A DNA stretch of 64,000 nt from Bacteroidales bacterium. GTDB taxonomy: Bacteria; Bacteroidota; Bacteroidia; Bacteroidales; VadinHA17. The notes under the pieces are model-generated. The model saw nothing but the letters and a program-made list of their open reading frames with translations, was not told the origin of the DNA and did no database searches. Below, one piece after another: positions 17,897-26,030 of this stretch (the first letter of the stretch is position 1; each line of letters opens with the position of its first letter). The position numbers and the translations under genes are program-made. The stretch is from positions 70,010-134,009 of the forward strand of contig JALONR010000007.1 of assembly GCA_025454815.1 (NCBI GenBank). The letters run 5' to 3'.

Positions 17897-19114
17897 ATGA
17901 TAAAACGTAATCTCTATCTGAATCAGCTTCTCAGGTTCACGGACAAACCCCTGATTAAGGTAATAACCGGGATAAGGCGTGGCGGAAAATCCGTTATGCT
18001 GGCTCTTCTGCATGATAACCTGATTGAGAGGGGTATAGAGGAAGACAGAATAATCCATCTCAGCCTTGACAGCCTTGAATATGCCGCTCTGAACAGCGCT
18101 GAACCTCTTTACCGTTATGTGAAGGAAAGAACCGGAGCCGGGAAACGATATTATCTTCTGCTTGATGAGATTCAGGAGGTTGCCCAGTGGGAAAAGGCTG
18201 TGAATTCATTATTTACGGAATTGAACGCAGACATATATATTTCAGGCTCCAATTCACGCCTTCTCTCATCTGAACTTTCTACATATCTGGCAGGAAGGTA
18301 TGTTGAACTCAATCTCTTTACCCTTTCATTTGCAGAATACCTTCAGTTCAGAAATCAACAGAAAGAAACCAGGATTGATAATATCAGGAATGAGTTTGCC
18401 GGATTTCTGAGATCTGGTGGCTTCCCGGTCCTGCACGTGGCAGACTATGAGGATGATACTGCCGGTAAGGTGGTGTTTGATATTTACTCCTCCATTATTC
18501 TTCGTGATGTGGTTCAACGGAATAGGATACGCGACATTGAACTTCTCGAACGTGTGGTCAGGTATTTATTTGATAATATCGGAAACCGGTTTTCTGCTGC
18601 AAATGTTGCTGCCTATTTCAAAAGTCAGCAACGGAAGGTTGACCTGAATACGGTGTATAATTACATCGACGCTCTGGAGAGCGCCTATATAATATACCGT
18701 GTTCCCAGGTATGATATCAAGGGTAAGGAGATACTAAAGACACTTGAGAAATGCTATGTGGGCGATCATGGTCTCGTTTATTCAGTAATGGGCCACAGGG
18801 ACAGGTTGATTTCAGGGGTGCTGGAAAATATAGTATTGCTTGAACTGAAGCGAAGGGGTTATGACGTCTTTACAGGAAGATCGGGTGAGAAAGAGATAGA
18901 TTTTATAGCAAAGAAGGGAGAGAACACAATTTATGTGCAGGTCACTTTCCGGATGGATGCTCAGTCAACTGTCGACAGGGAATTCAATCCCCTGATGGAT
19001 ATACCCGATCATTATCCGAAATTCGTTGTATCGATGGATGATGTTTGGCGTGATAATTATGAAGGGATCAGACACATGCATATTGCCGACTTTCTTCTTT
19101 CTGACTTTTACTAG
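17897..19114 (+). CDS. AAA+ ATPase with C-terminal PD-(D/E)xK-like domain (COG1373 / AAA_14 + DUF4143 type)
   Basis: 405 aa with Walker A 'GIRRGGKS', Walker B 'YLLLDEIQ' and the C-terminal nuclease-like segment 'EKEIDFIAKKGENTIYVQV'. By eye the gene is more AT-rich than its neighbours. Confidence 0.75.
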   Translation: MIKRNLYLNQLLRFTDKPLIKVITGIRRGGKSVMLALLHDNLIERGIEEDRIIHLSLDSLEYAALNSAEPLYRYVKERTGAGKRYYLLLDEIQEVAQWEKAVNSLFTELNADIYISGSNSRLLSSELSTYLAGRYVELNLFTLSFAEYLQFRNQQKETRIDNIRNEFAGFLRSGGFPVLHVADYEDDTAGKVVFDIYSSIILRDVVQRNRIRDIELLERVVRYLFDNIGNRFSAANVAAYFKSQQRKVDLNTVYNYIDALESAYIIYRVPRYDIKGKEILKTLEKCYVGDHGLVYSVMGHRDRLISGVLENIVLLELKRRGYDVFTGRSGEKEIDFIAKKGENTIYVQVTFRMDAQSTVDREFNPLMDIPDHYPKFVVSMDDVWRDNYEGIRHMHIADFLLSDFY

Positions 19115-19152
19115 CCGCAACCATCAGCAATCAGGAGTAAACCACGAAATTT

Positions 19153-19263
19153 CTGACTGCCCACTGCCGACTGGTACTGCCGACTGCCGACTGGTACTGC
19201 CTACTGCCGACTGGTACTGCCTACTGCCGACTGGTACTGCCTACTGCCGACTGGTACTGCCTA
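19153..19263 (-). repeat. 20-nt tandem repeat (about 5.5 units) whose first unit starts with the nadD stop codon
   Basis: The minus-sense unit is TAGGCAGTACCAGTCGGCAG. Four consecutive units start with TAG (plus-strand CTA at 19261, 19241, 19221, 19201). Then come a TCG variant (19183) and a partial TGG variant (19163). The plus-strand units at 19201-19260 are three perfect copies. Confidence 0.95.
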
Positions 19264-19854
19264 CTCATAAAAATGCATCTCCCTGATATACTTCCAGACG
19301 GAAGCAGGGACAAACCACGAGACATCCTTTCCTTCTCGGATGGCGCTGCGGATGAAGGTGCCGGAAATCTCCATTACCGGGGCGTCAATCTCCTGTATTG
19401 TGGCCATGGCAAGTATCTCCTGCAGCCGCTTGCTGCCCTTCCTTCCGGGGTAAAGCCTGGGATAAACCACAATCGGATACTGTTTCACCAGCATCTCTGC
19501 ATTCTTCCACTTGTGGAGAGTGGTGAGATTATCCTCACCCATTATCAGTGTGAACCGGCGTGACGGGTACTTTTCTGTCAGATGAGCCAGGGTGTCAATT
19601 GTGTAGGATGGCCTGGGAAGGGTGAACTCTATGTCCGAGGCCCTGAACCTCGGATCATCACCTATTGCCAGCTGGGTCATGTAAAACCGGTCGCGCTCAC
19701 TCAGCAATGTCTCCTTTACCTTCAGAGGATTATGCGGACTGACAACAAACCATACCTCCTTCAGCGGTGAGTATTCGGTGATGTAGTTGGCTATGGCCAT
19801 GTGGCCAATATGCACCGGGTTGAATGATCCGAAGAATAGTCCTGTCTCAGTCAT
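19261..19854 (-). CDS. nadD: Nicotinate-nucleotide adenylyltransferase
   Basis: 197 aa with 'GLFFGSFNPVHIGH' and 'ISGTFIRSAI'. It overlaps gmk by 4 nt. Confidence 0.9.
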   Translation of the reverse strand: MTETGLFFGSFNPVHIGHMAIANYITEYSPLKEVWFVVSPHNPLKVKETLLSERDRFYMTQLAIGDDPRFRASDIEFTLPRPSYTIDTLAHLTEKYPSRRFTLIMGEDNLTTLHKWKNAEMLVKQYPIVVYPRLYPGRKGSKRLQEILAMATIQEIDAPVMEISGTFIRSAIREGKDVSWFVPASVWKYIREMHFYE

Positions 19855-20432
19855 GGCCTGTCCATAAATTCCCTCACAACATTCACTATGGCGATGCAGG
19901 CTTTTTCAAGGTTGTCATTGATGACCACCGTGTCAAAATGTTCTGCAAGCAGTATCTCCGATGCAGCCTTCTCAACCCTCATTGTTATCTGTTCCGGGGA
20001 GTCAGTGCCCCTCCTTTCCAGCCTCCTGCGCAGCTCTTCAACACAGGGGGGCATGATGAATACTGAGAGGGCATCATCTCCGAAGATCTTCTTCAGGTTG
20101 ATGCCTCCCATCACGTCAACGTCGAACAGAGGTATCTTCCCGGAGTCGCGTATGCGCTCGATCTCCTTGCGAAGGGTTCCGTAATAATGGTCCCTGTAAA
20201 CCTCCTGCCACTCGATGAACTCGTCTCTTCTGATCCTTTTCCGGAACTCACCGGCAGTTATGAAGTAGTATTCCCTGCCGTCGGTTTCGTTGCCCCGCGG
20301 CTTCCTGCTTGTGGCGGAGACAGAGAACATCAGGGGAAAGCCCGAAGCCAGGAGGTGGCTGACAAGGGTCGATTTTCCGGCTCCTGAGGGGGCCGAAATG
20401 ATGAGTACTTTTTTGCTGCCGGCAGGACGCAT
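19851..20432 (-). CDS. gmk: Guanylate kinase
   Basis: 193 aa with the P-loop 'SAPSGAGKST' and 'SATSRKPRGNETDGREYYF'. Confidence 0.9.
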   Translation of the reverse strand: MRPAGSKKVLIISAPSGAGKSTLVSHLLASGFPLMFSVSATSRKPRGNETDGREYYFITAGEFRKRIRRDEFIEWQEVYRDHYYGTLRKEIERIRDSGKIPLFDVDVMGGINLKKIFGDDALSVFIMPPCVEELRRRLERRGTDSPEQITMRVEKAASEILLAEHFDTVVINDNLEKACIAIVNVVREFMDRP

Positions 20433-20436
20433 ACAC

Positions 20437-21312
20437 TTAAAGGATATTGAGGGTCAGTTCCTTGATCTTCTCCAGTTCATCCTTCATCATTACCACCAGC
20501 TTCTGCATGGAGGCATCGTTGGCTTTGGAGCCGATGGTATTGATCTCGCGTCCCATCTCCTGCGATATGAAGTTGAGCATCTTGCCATGGGTCCCTTCAG
20601 CTTTCATCGTCTCCAGGAAGTAGTCACAGTGTTTCCGCAGGCGAACCTTTTCCTCATTTATATCGAGTTTTTCCAGGTAGAAAATCAGCTCCTGTTCGAA
20701 CCGGTTTTTATCAACTTTTTCCGATCCCACTGCCTCCTTCAGCGTGGCATTCAGTTTCTCCCGCATCCTTGTGATACGATCTCCTTCCACTGCTCCGAGG
20801 TTGTCAAGATACCCGATTATGGAGGCGACCGATTTCGAGAGATCCTTTTCCATCGCCTTTCCCTCCTCCAGCCTGTAGAGGTCAGTCATCGCCAGTGCCT
20901 CATCCGTGAGTCCGGAGATCCTGTTCCACTCTTCGTCAGAGAGCTCCGCCTTCTCGGTACGGAGGGTCTCGGGCAGGCGCATCACTATTCCCAGCAGCCC
21001 GGCATCGTCATTGATTCCAAGTTCACCACTGATTTCCTTCAGCTGGCTGAAGTAACTCTTTACATTGTATTTGTTGATCACCGGTACCTGCTCGCTGTCC
21101 ATGGTGTCAAAGTTTATCGACAGGTCGATTTTCCCTCTCTCGAGCTTCCTCATCACTATGTTCCGGATATCAAGTTCCTTCTCCTTGCAGATCCATGGAA
21201 GCCTGGTGTTGATATCTGCCTGCTTGCTGTTGAGTGATTTTATCTCAACGGTGATCTTTCTCTGTGGCGTCTCCAGCATGGCTTTGCCATAGCCGGTCAT
21301 CGATCTTATCAT
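20437..21312 (-). CDS. yicC: YicC-family stress-induced protein
   Basis: The track ORF extends to 21405. The ATG at 21312 gives the canonical YicC N-terminus 'MIRSMTGYGKA'. The C-terminal segment 'EMGREINTIGSKAND' is also present. Confidence 0.85.
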   Translation of the reverse strand: MIRSMTGYGKAMLETPQRKITVEIKSLNSKQADINTRLPWICKEKELDIRNIVMRKLERGKIDLSINFDTMDSEQVPVINKYNVKSYFSQLKEISGELGINDDAGLLGIVMRLPETLRTEKAELSDEEWNRISGLTDEALAMTDLYRLEEGKAMEKDLSKSVASIIGYLDNLGAVEGDRITRMREKLNATLKEAVGSEKVDKNRFEQELIFYLEKLDINEEKVRLRKHCDYFLETMKAEGTHGKMLNFISQEMGREINTIGSKANDASMQKLVVMMKDELEKIKELTLNIL

Positions 21313-21375
21313 CGTTTTGCGGAAATTATAATGGTAAAGATATGTTTTTTCTCCAAGTCGCGAAGTAATGATCCG

Positions 21376-21560
21376 GCCGTGAAGCGCCTGATGGCGACAA
21401 TTCATGCCTCAGCCCGGCAGGTCAGGTTACACGGTGCAGTGTCTTATGAAGACAATTCATGCCTCAGCCCGGCAGGTCAGGCTCCACGGTGAAGTGCCTG
21501 ATGGCGACAATTCATACCTCAGCCCAGCAGGTCAAGCTCCACGGTGAAGTGTCTCATGAT
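21376..21560 (-). repeat. 55-nt tandem repeat (about 3.35 units) made of the last 13 codons, the stop codon and 13 nt of 3' flank of the tryptophanase-family gene
   Basis: Plus-strand units are 21376-21430, 21431-21485 and 21486-21540, plus 20 nt of a fourth (21541-21560, unique coding continuation). The period is exactly 55. Hand-counted mismatches are 8/55, 8/55 and 10/55 between unit pairs. Each full unit keeps the TGA. Confidence 0.95.
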
Positions 21561-22895
21561 TGGTGCTTCCCATTTTATGGCAAGACCCCTTCTGACGGTT
21601 TCCCTTCTCTCCCAGACATTCTGCACTGCCGCTGCAACATAATCCATGTGGTTGTCAGTGTAAACCCTTCTCGGTATTGCCAGCCTGACAAGCTCCAGCT
21701 CCGGGTACCTGTTCTCACGGGTAACAGGGTCACGGTCGGCCATCAGGGTGCCAATCTCGGTGCCCCGTATTCCTCCCTCGAGGTATATCTCAACCGCCAG
21801 TCGCTGTGCCGGGAATTCCGATGCCGGTATCTGCGGATAGAACTTGCCTGCATCAATAAAGATGGCATGGCCGCCGATGGGCATCTGTACCGGGATGCCT
21901 GACCTGTGAAGCTTTTCTCCCAGCCGTGCCACCTGGCCGATGCGGGCCCCCAGGTAATCAGATTCGGTACCCTCATACAACCCCTGTGCCAGCGCGTTCA
22001 TGTCGCGGCCTGACATACCGCCGTAGGTGATGTAACCCTCGAACATGATGTTGAAGGTTGATGCCTTCCGGAAGAGCTCGCGGTCCTTCATGCCGATGAA
22101 TCCGCCAATGTTGACTATGGCATCCTTCTTTGAGCTCATGGTCATGGCGTCAGCATATGAGAACATCTCACGGGTGATCTCCCTGATGGGTTTGTCAGCA
22201 TAACCCGCTTCACGCGTTTTGATGAAGTAGGCATTCTCTGCAAAACGGGCCGAGTCAATGACAAGCAGAACGCCGTACCTGTCAGCCAGACTGCGCACTC
22301 CGCGCAGGTTTGCCATGCTCACCGGCTGTCCACCTGCGGTGTTGTTGGTGACTGTCATCACGATGCAACCGAGCTTTTCACGCGGTGTCTCCTTCAGTAC
22401 CTGCTCCAGGTGTCCCAGGTCGGCATTACCCTTAAAGGGGTCATTATTGGTGATATCCCTTGCCCATGAAACGGTGCAGTCAACAGCTGTCGCTTTTCTG
22501 AATTCTATATGCCCCTTGGTAGTGTCAAAATGGGCGTTGCCCGGGATAACGTCACCCTCTTTTACCAGGACGGAAAAGAGTACATTTTCGGCGGCCCTTC
22601 CCTGGTGGGTGGGGAGAAAGTATTCGAACCCGGTTATGTCACGGATGGCCTCCTTCAGTTTGAAGTATGAGGATGCGCCGGCGTAGCTCTCGTCGCCGGT
22701 CATTATGGCCCCCCACTGCCTGTCGCTCATGGCGCCCGTGCCGGAGTCGGTCAGCAGGTCAATGAATACCTGTTCTGACTTCAGGTTGAACATGTTGTAT
22801 GAGGCGATTTTCATCCATTCTTCCCGCTCCTGGCGGGTGCTCTGCCGGATGGCCTCAATTGTCTTTATCTTGTAAGGTTCACAATATGGTAACAT
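21519..22895 (-). CDS. tnaA: Beta-eliminating lyase: tryptophanase / tyrosine phenol-lyase family
   Basis: The track ORF extends to 23090. The ATG at 22895 gives 'MLPYCEPYKIKTIE', the family's usual N-terminus, and a 458-aa product. PLP-lysine context 'MSSKKDAIVNIGGF' is present. Trp versus Tyr specificity cannot be decided by eye. Confidence 0.85.
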   Translation of the reverse strand: MLPYCEPYKIKTIEAIRQSTRQEREEWMKIASYNMFNLKSEQVFIDLLTDSGTGAMSDRQWGAIMTGDESYAGASSYFKLKEAIRDITGFEYFLPTHQGRAAENVLFSVLVKEGDVIPGNAHFDTTKGHIEFRKATAVDCTVSWARDITNNDPFKGNADLGHLEQVLKETPREKLGCIVMTVTNNTAGGQPVSMANLRGVRSLADRYGVLLVIDSARFAENAYFIKTREAGYADKPIREITREMFSYADAMTMSSKKDAIVNIGGFIGMKDRELFRKASTFNIMFEGYITYGGMSGRDMNALAQGLYEGTESDYLGARIGQVARLGEKLHRSGIPVQMPIGGHAIFIDAGKFYPQIPASEFPAQRLAVEIYLEGGIRGTEIGTLMADRDPVTRENRYPELELVRLAIPRRVYTDNHMDYVAAAVQNVWERRETVRRGLAIKWEAPIMRHFTVELDLLG

Positions 22896-22936
22896 TGGAT
22901 TTGCGATTTGCGATGTGAGATGAGCGATTTGAGATT
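22896..22936 (-). repeat. Heptamer tandem repeat (about 5.7 units, consensus ATCGCAA) ending at the tnaA start codon
   Basis: Minus sense reads ATCTCAA ATCGCTC ATCTCAC ATCGCAA ATCGCAA ATCCA|ATG. The plus strand at 22896-22935 reads TGGAT TTGCGAT TTGCGAT GTGAGAT GAGCGAT TTGAGAT. Confidence 0.9.
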
Positions 22937-23247
22937 TTGCCAGCACTACTGCCTTCCCGGTCCGACAGCTGGCGGAACGGGATTGATCCGCCTTCTGCGT
23001 CGTCGTTTCAAATTGCCTGTTGCCTTTCGGCATCTGCAATCTATAGATTAATAACAGAAAGTGAACCAATAATAGCGATGGAGCATGCAACTCCTGAACT
23101 CAGAATGCGTCCCTGTTCTTGATGTTACGGAAAATCAGCTTCCTGTTTATGACCCTGGATTGGCGGGAATTCATGGAAACGGCTATTTTTGCAAATATAA
23201 CTTTTTTACGTTTGGGGTACAATCCGGAATTCTTTAAACATTACGAA

Positions 23248-25161
23248 ATGAGATTGAGAACCTACAAGATTCTTTTACTTGTGCTTTGCCTTGCGGGCAC
23301 TACTCACCTGGCAGGTCAGGTTGTTGATGTACCTGTGGTGCCGCAGGTGGCAGCACCCCGCACGGATTCGCTGGCAGTGAACGGGTCATTGATCAGACAG
23401 ATAAAGGCAGCTCCCGTGCCCGGCATTAACGGACCTCAGGACATAAACCTTGGCACGGACGAGTCATTGAAATTCCTAGAACGTTTCTGTGCCTCACCGG
23501 CATTGTGGAAGCGCAGCAGTGACCCGCTTCGTGAAGCCCTGAAGAACCTAGTATGGCTTGCTTCCAGACCCCCGGCAGACACTGTGATCAGTTACCTTTC
23601 AGAGTATCCCTTTGAGCGGATCAGGGTTCCGGCTGAAAGCTATTATCTCTTTGATTCCGTGAGGATAATCCTCCCTCTGATAGTTCCTGATTCGACGGTC
23701 TCCGACAGTGCCGCCAGCGGTGCACGGCCGGATGAGATGTTCATCAGTGCCGGACGCAGTCTCAGGAAGGTTAAGCTTGCCGATGATGACCGGCCCATAA
23801 TTAAAAATGATACTCTCAAGCTGAACGACTCGGTCTATGTCCTGATGAAGGACTTCATCCCGGCAAGGCTGCCCCACAGGACAAATGACACAATCGTCCT
23901 TGTCATTACCGATACCCTGCCGGAAGTCTCACTGGCAGGTACCGATCTTCCGTTCAGGTATCTGAGGAATCCGTATGTCAGCGATTCTCTGCAGGCTGCA
24001 GTCAGTTCGCTGATAGGCTATCTTGTAAACCGTGACTCCTCGCTGGTTCGGATCACATCGGAAACCGGGAGGGGTGCTGATTTATGGCTTAACAGCCTGT
24101 CTGACAATCTTGTGAGATTCTGGTTGCCTGACGGTAAAGGTGATTCTGTAACAGTCTGGCTGGGAAACCCGATGCGCAATACTATTTCACTGAGGGCTGA
24201 AGAGGGAGTTCTCTTCAGGAAGCAGGTATGGCATGACAGATATGTTGACACACGCGTCAATGTCACCACTGCAAAGGAGGAAGAGCTCCGGAGAGTGGCC
24301 TTAAGCAAGGTTAAACCCGACTTATGGAAATTCAGGACTGACCTTTCATATCTTCTCTCACAGGGGGTTGTCTCCAACTGGGCTAAGGGGGGGGAGAATA
24401 ACGTTTCAACGGTGCTCGATGTGACATCAGCCCTGAATTACAATAACAAGATTACCAGGGTCAACTCTGCTACATCTGCAAGATTCGCTCTCGGGCTTCA
24501 GGCTTCGGGAAAATATGATGGAATCAGAAAGAACCTCGATATCCTTGAGATCAACTCCAAGATAAACCATAAGGCATTCGGCAAGTTCGATCTTTCGGGG
24601 ATCTTCCAGTTCAAGTCGCAATTCCTTCCGGGATATACCTATCCGAATGACACCACCTCGATAATGGTTTCAAAGTTCTTTAATCCGGCCACATTCATAC
24701 TGGGTTACGGTCTCGAGTACAAACCGGACAAAAACACCTCCATAAGCTTCTCCCCTCTGTCATACAAGGGGACGTTCGTTACTGACACCGCCAGCATCAA
24801 CCAGACCAAATATGGTATTGCAGCAGACAAACGATCAAAGAACGAGTTAGGGGCTTATCTTACCATCAGCAGCAAACTTGTTCTTTTTGAAAAGATCAAC
24901 ATGTCAAACAGGGTGCAGTTCTTCAGCAATTTCCTTTCGAAGCCTCAGAATGTTGATGTCGACTGGGAGATGATTGCAACGATGCCTCTGAACTGGTTCA
25001 CAGACCTCAGGGTTAATGTCCACCTGATATATGATGACAACACACTGCTTCCTGTCTATGAAAGGGGAGAGCCTGTCCTGGGCACCGACGGCAAGCAGAA
25101 GAAAGCTCCGATGGTTCAGTTCAAGGAGCTGCTTGGGGTAAGTTTTGTGTTTAAGTTTTAG
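23248..25161 (+). CDS. Outer-membrane protein, DUF3078-like (signal peptide plus C-terminal beta-barrel-like region)
   Basis: The ATG at 23248 gives the signal peptide 'MRLRTYKILLLVLCLAGTTHLAGQ'. The C-terminal half has alternating beta-strand-like segments and ends in 'LLGVSFVFKF', an aromatic C-terminus typical of OMPs. Confidence 0.6.
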   Translation: MRLRTYKILLLVLCLAGTTHLAGQVVDVPVVPQVAAPRTDSLAVNGSLIRQIKAAPVPGINGPQDINLGTDESLKFLERFCASPALWKRSSDPLREALKNLVWLASRPPADTVISYLSEYPFERIRVPAESYYLFDSVRIILPLIVPDSTVSDSAASGARPDEMFISAGRSLRKVKLADDDRPIIKNDTLKLNDSVYVLMKDFIPARLPHRTNDTIVLVITDTLPEVSLAGTDLPFRYLRNPYVSDSLQAAVSSLIGYLVNRDSSLVRITSETGRGADLWLNSLSDNLVRFWLPDGKGDSVTVWLGNPMRNTISLRAEEGVLFRKQVWHDRYVDTRVNVTTAKEEELRRVALSKVKPDLWKFRTDLSYLLSQGVVSNWAKGGENNVSTVLDVTSALNYNNKITRVNSATSARFALGLQASGKYDGIRKNLDILEINSKINHKAFGKFDLSGIFQFKSQFLPGYTYPNDTTSIMVSKFFNPATFILGYGLEYKPDKNTSISFSPLSYKGTFVTDTASINQTKYGIAADKRSKNELGAYLTISSKLVLFEKINMSNRVQFFSNFLSKPQNVDVDWEMIATMPLNWFTDLRVNVHLIYDDNTLLPVYERGEPVLGTDGKQKKAPMVQFKELLGVSFVFKF

Positions 25162-26030
25162 AGCAGAATCAGGTCCAGCACCACGGCAAGCCCGAAGATG
25201 ACCCCGGCTATTCCGTTGGTGGTTCCAAAGGCAAGGTTCACCCTGCTCAGGTCATCAGGCCTCACTATCAGATGCTGATAAGCAAGCATGGCAATGAATA
25301 TTGCTGCTCCGGCCCAGTAAATGTAACCGGAGGAGCCGTTAATCCCTGCCACAACCACCAGGATAACGGTTCCCAGGTGCAATGCGGTTGACACTGCGAG
25401 GGCTTTGCCCCGCGACATCATCGCAGGAATGGAATAGAGCCCGGTCTCACGGTCAAACTGGTCATCCTGGAGTGAATAGATGATATCAAAACCGCTGACC
25501 CATGTAAGCACTATGAATGAAAAGATCAGCGGCAACAATGCAAAACTGCCTGTGACAGCTATGTAGGCTCCGATCGGGGCAAGGCTCAGCCCAAGTCCCA
25601 GCACCAGATGGCATAGAGGAGTGAAGCGCTTGGTATAGCTGTATCCTAGTATTACAATCAGGGCCACCGGTGAAAGCAAAAGTGTCAGCCTGTTGATGAG
25701 ACCGGCTGAGACGATGAAAAGCAGAGAGCTTGCAATTACGAAAATCATTGCCTGGCGCGGGGAGATCTTTCCGGAAGGGATCTCCCGGACCGCGGTACGG
25801 GGATTGAGTGAATCAAACCTTACATCTGCCCACCGGTTGAAAGCCATGGCTGCACTGCGTGCGAATACCATGCAGGCAAGCACAAGCAAAAAGGTCTTCA
25901 GTGAAAAACCATACCCGGGCCGGGTGGCCCCGATAAAATAACCGGCAAGGGCAAATGGCATCGCAAAGACCGTGTGACTGAACTTTACGAGTGAAATATA
26001 ATGCTGTGTCCTGCCTAGCAGCTTCTTCAT
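25158..26030 (-). CDS. UbiA-family aromatic prenyltransferase (possibly the menaquinone/futalosine-branch enzyme)
   Basis: 290 aa and polytopic, with 'NRWADVRFDSLNPRT' (NxxxDxxxD-type motif) and 'YSLQDDQFDRETG'. Its stop overlaps the convergent upstream gene's stop by 4 nt (TTAG). Confidence 0.75.
   Translation of the reverse strand: MKKLLGRTQHYISLVKFSHTVFAMPFALAGYFIGATRPGYGFSLKTFLLVLACMVFARSAAMAFNRWADVRFDSLNPRTAVREIPSGKISPRQAMIFVIASSLLFIVSAGLINRLTLLLSPVALIVILGYSYTKRFTPLCHLVLGLGLSLAPIGAYIAVTGSFALLPLIFSFIVLTWVSGFDIIYSLQDDQFDRETGLYSIPAMMSRGKALAVSTALHLGTVILVVVAGINGSSGYIYWAGAAIFIAMLAYQHLIVRPDDLSRVNLAFGTTNGIAGVIFGLAVVLDLILL

Noticed and set aside
19153-19263. A CRISPR array as an interpretation of the 20-, 41- and 55-nt repeats
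   Set aside because: The units are directly contiguous with no unique spacers. No cas genes are in the window, and the units are not palindromic in the CRISPR-repeat manner.
20290-21237. A 315-aa plus-strand ORF, with similar long ORFs at 29706-30404, 47284-47973, 51488-52246, 2637-3569, 5336-6142, 34620-35264 and 12444-13022
   Set aside because: Each lies antisense to, or overlaps, a well-supported conserved gene (yicC, lpxB, the ABC transporter, the class-III aminotransferase, hydG, M14, dnaN, the membrane protein). Their translations are low-complexity or Leu/Arg/Ser-rich with no recognisable motifs. They are typical shadow ORFs.
21376-21560. A diversity-generating retroelement (VR at a gene's 3' end plus a downstream TR copy)
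   Set aside because: No reverse transcriptase or accessory gene is nearby. The units are only 55 nt, and the differences between copies are not restricted to adenine positions of one copy.
25158-25161. A 4-nt overlap of convergent stop codons (TTAG) between the DUF3078-like gene and the UbiA-family gene
   Set aside because: This is a real but trivial consequence of tight packing. No hairpin or other structure is associated with it.
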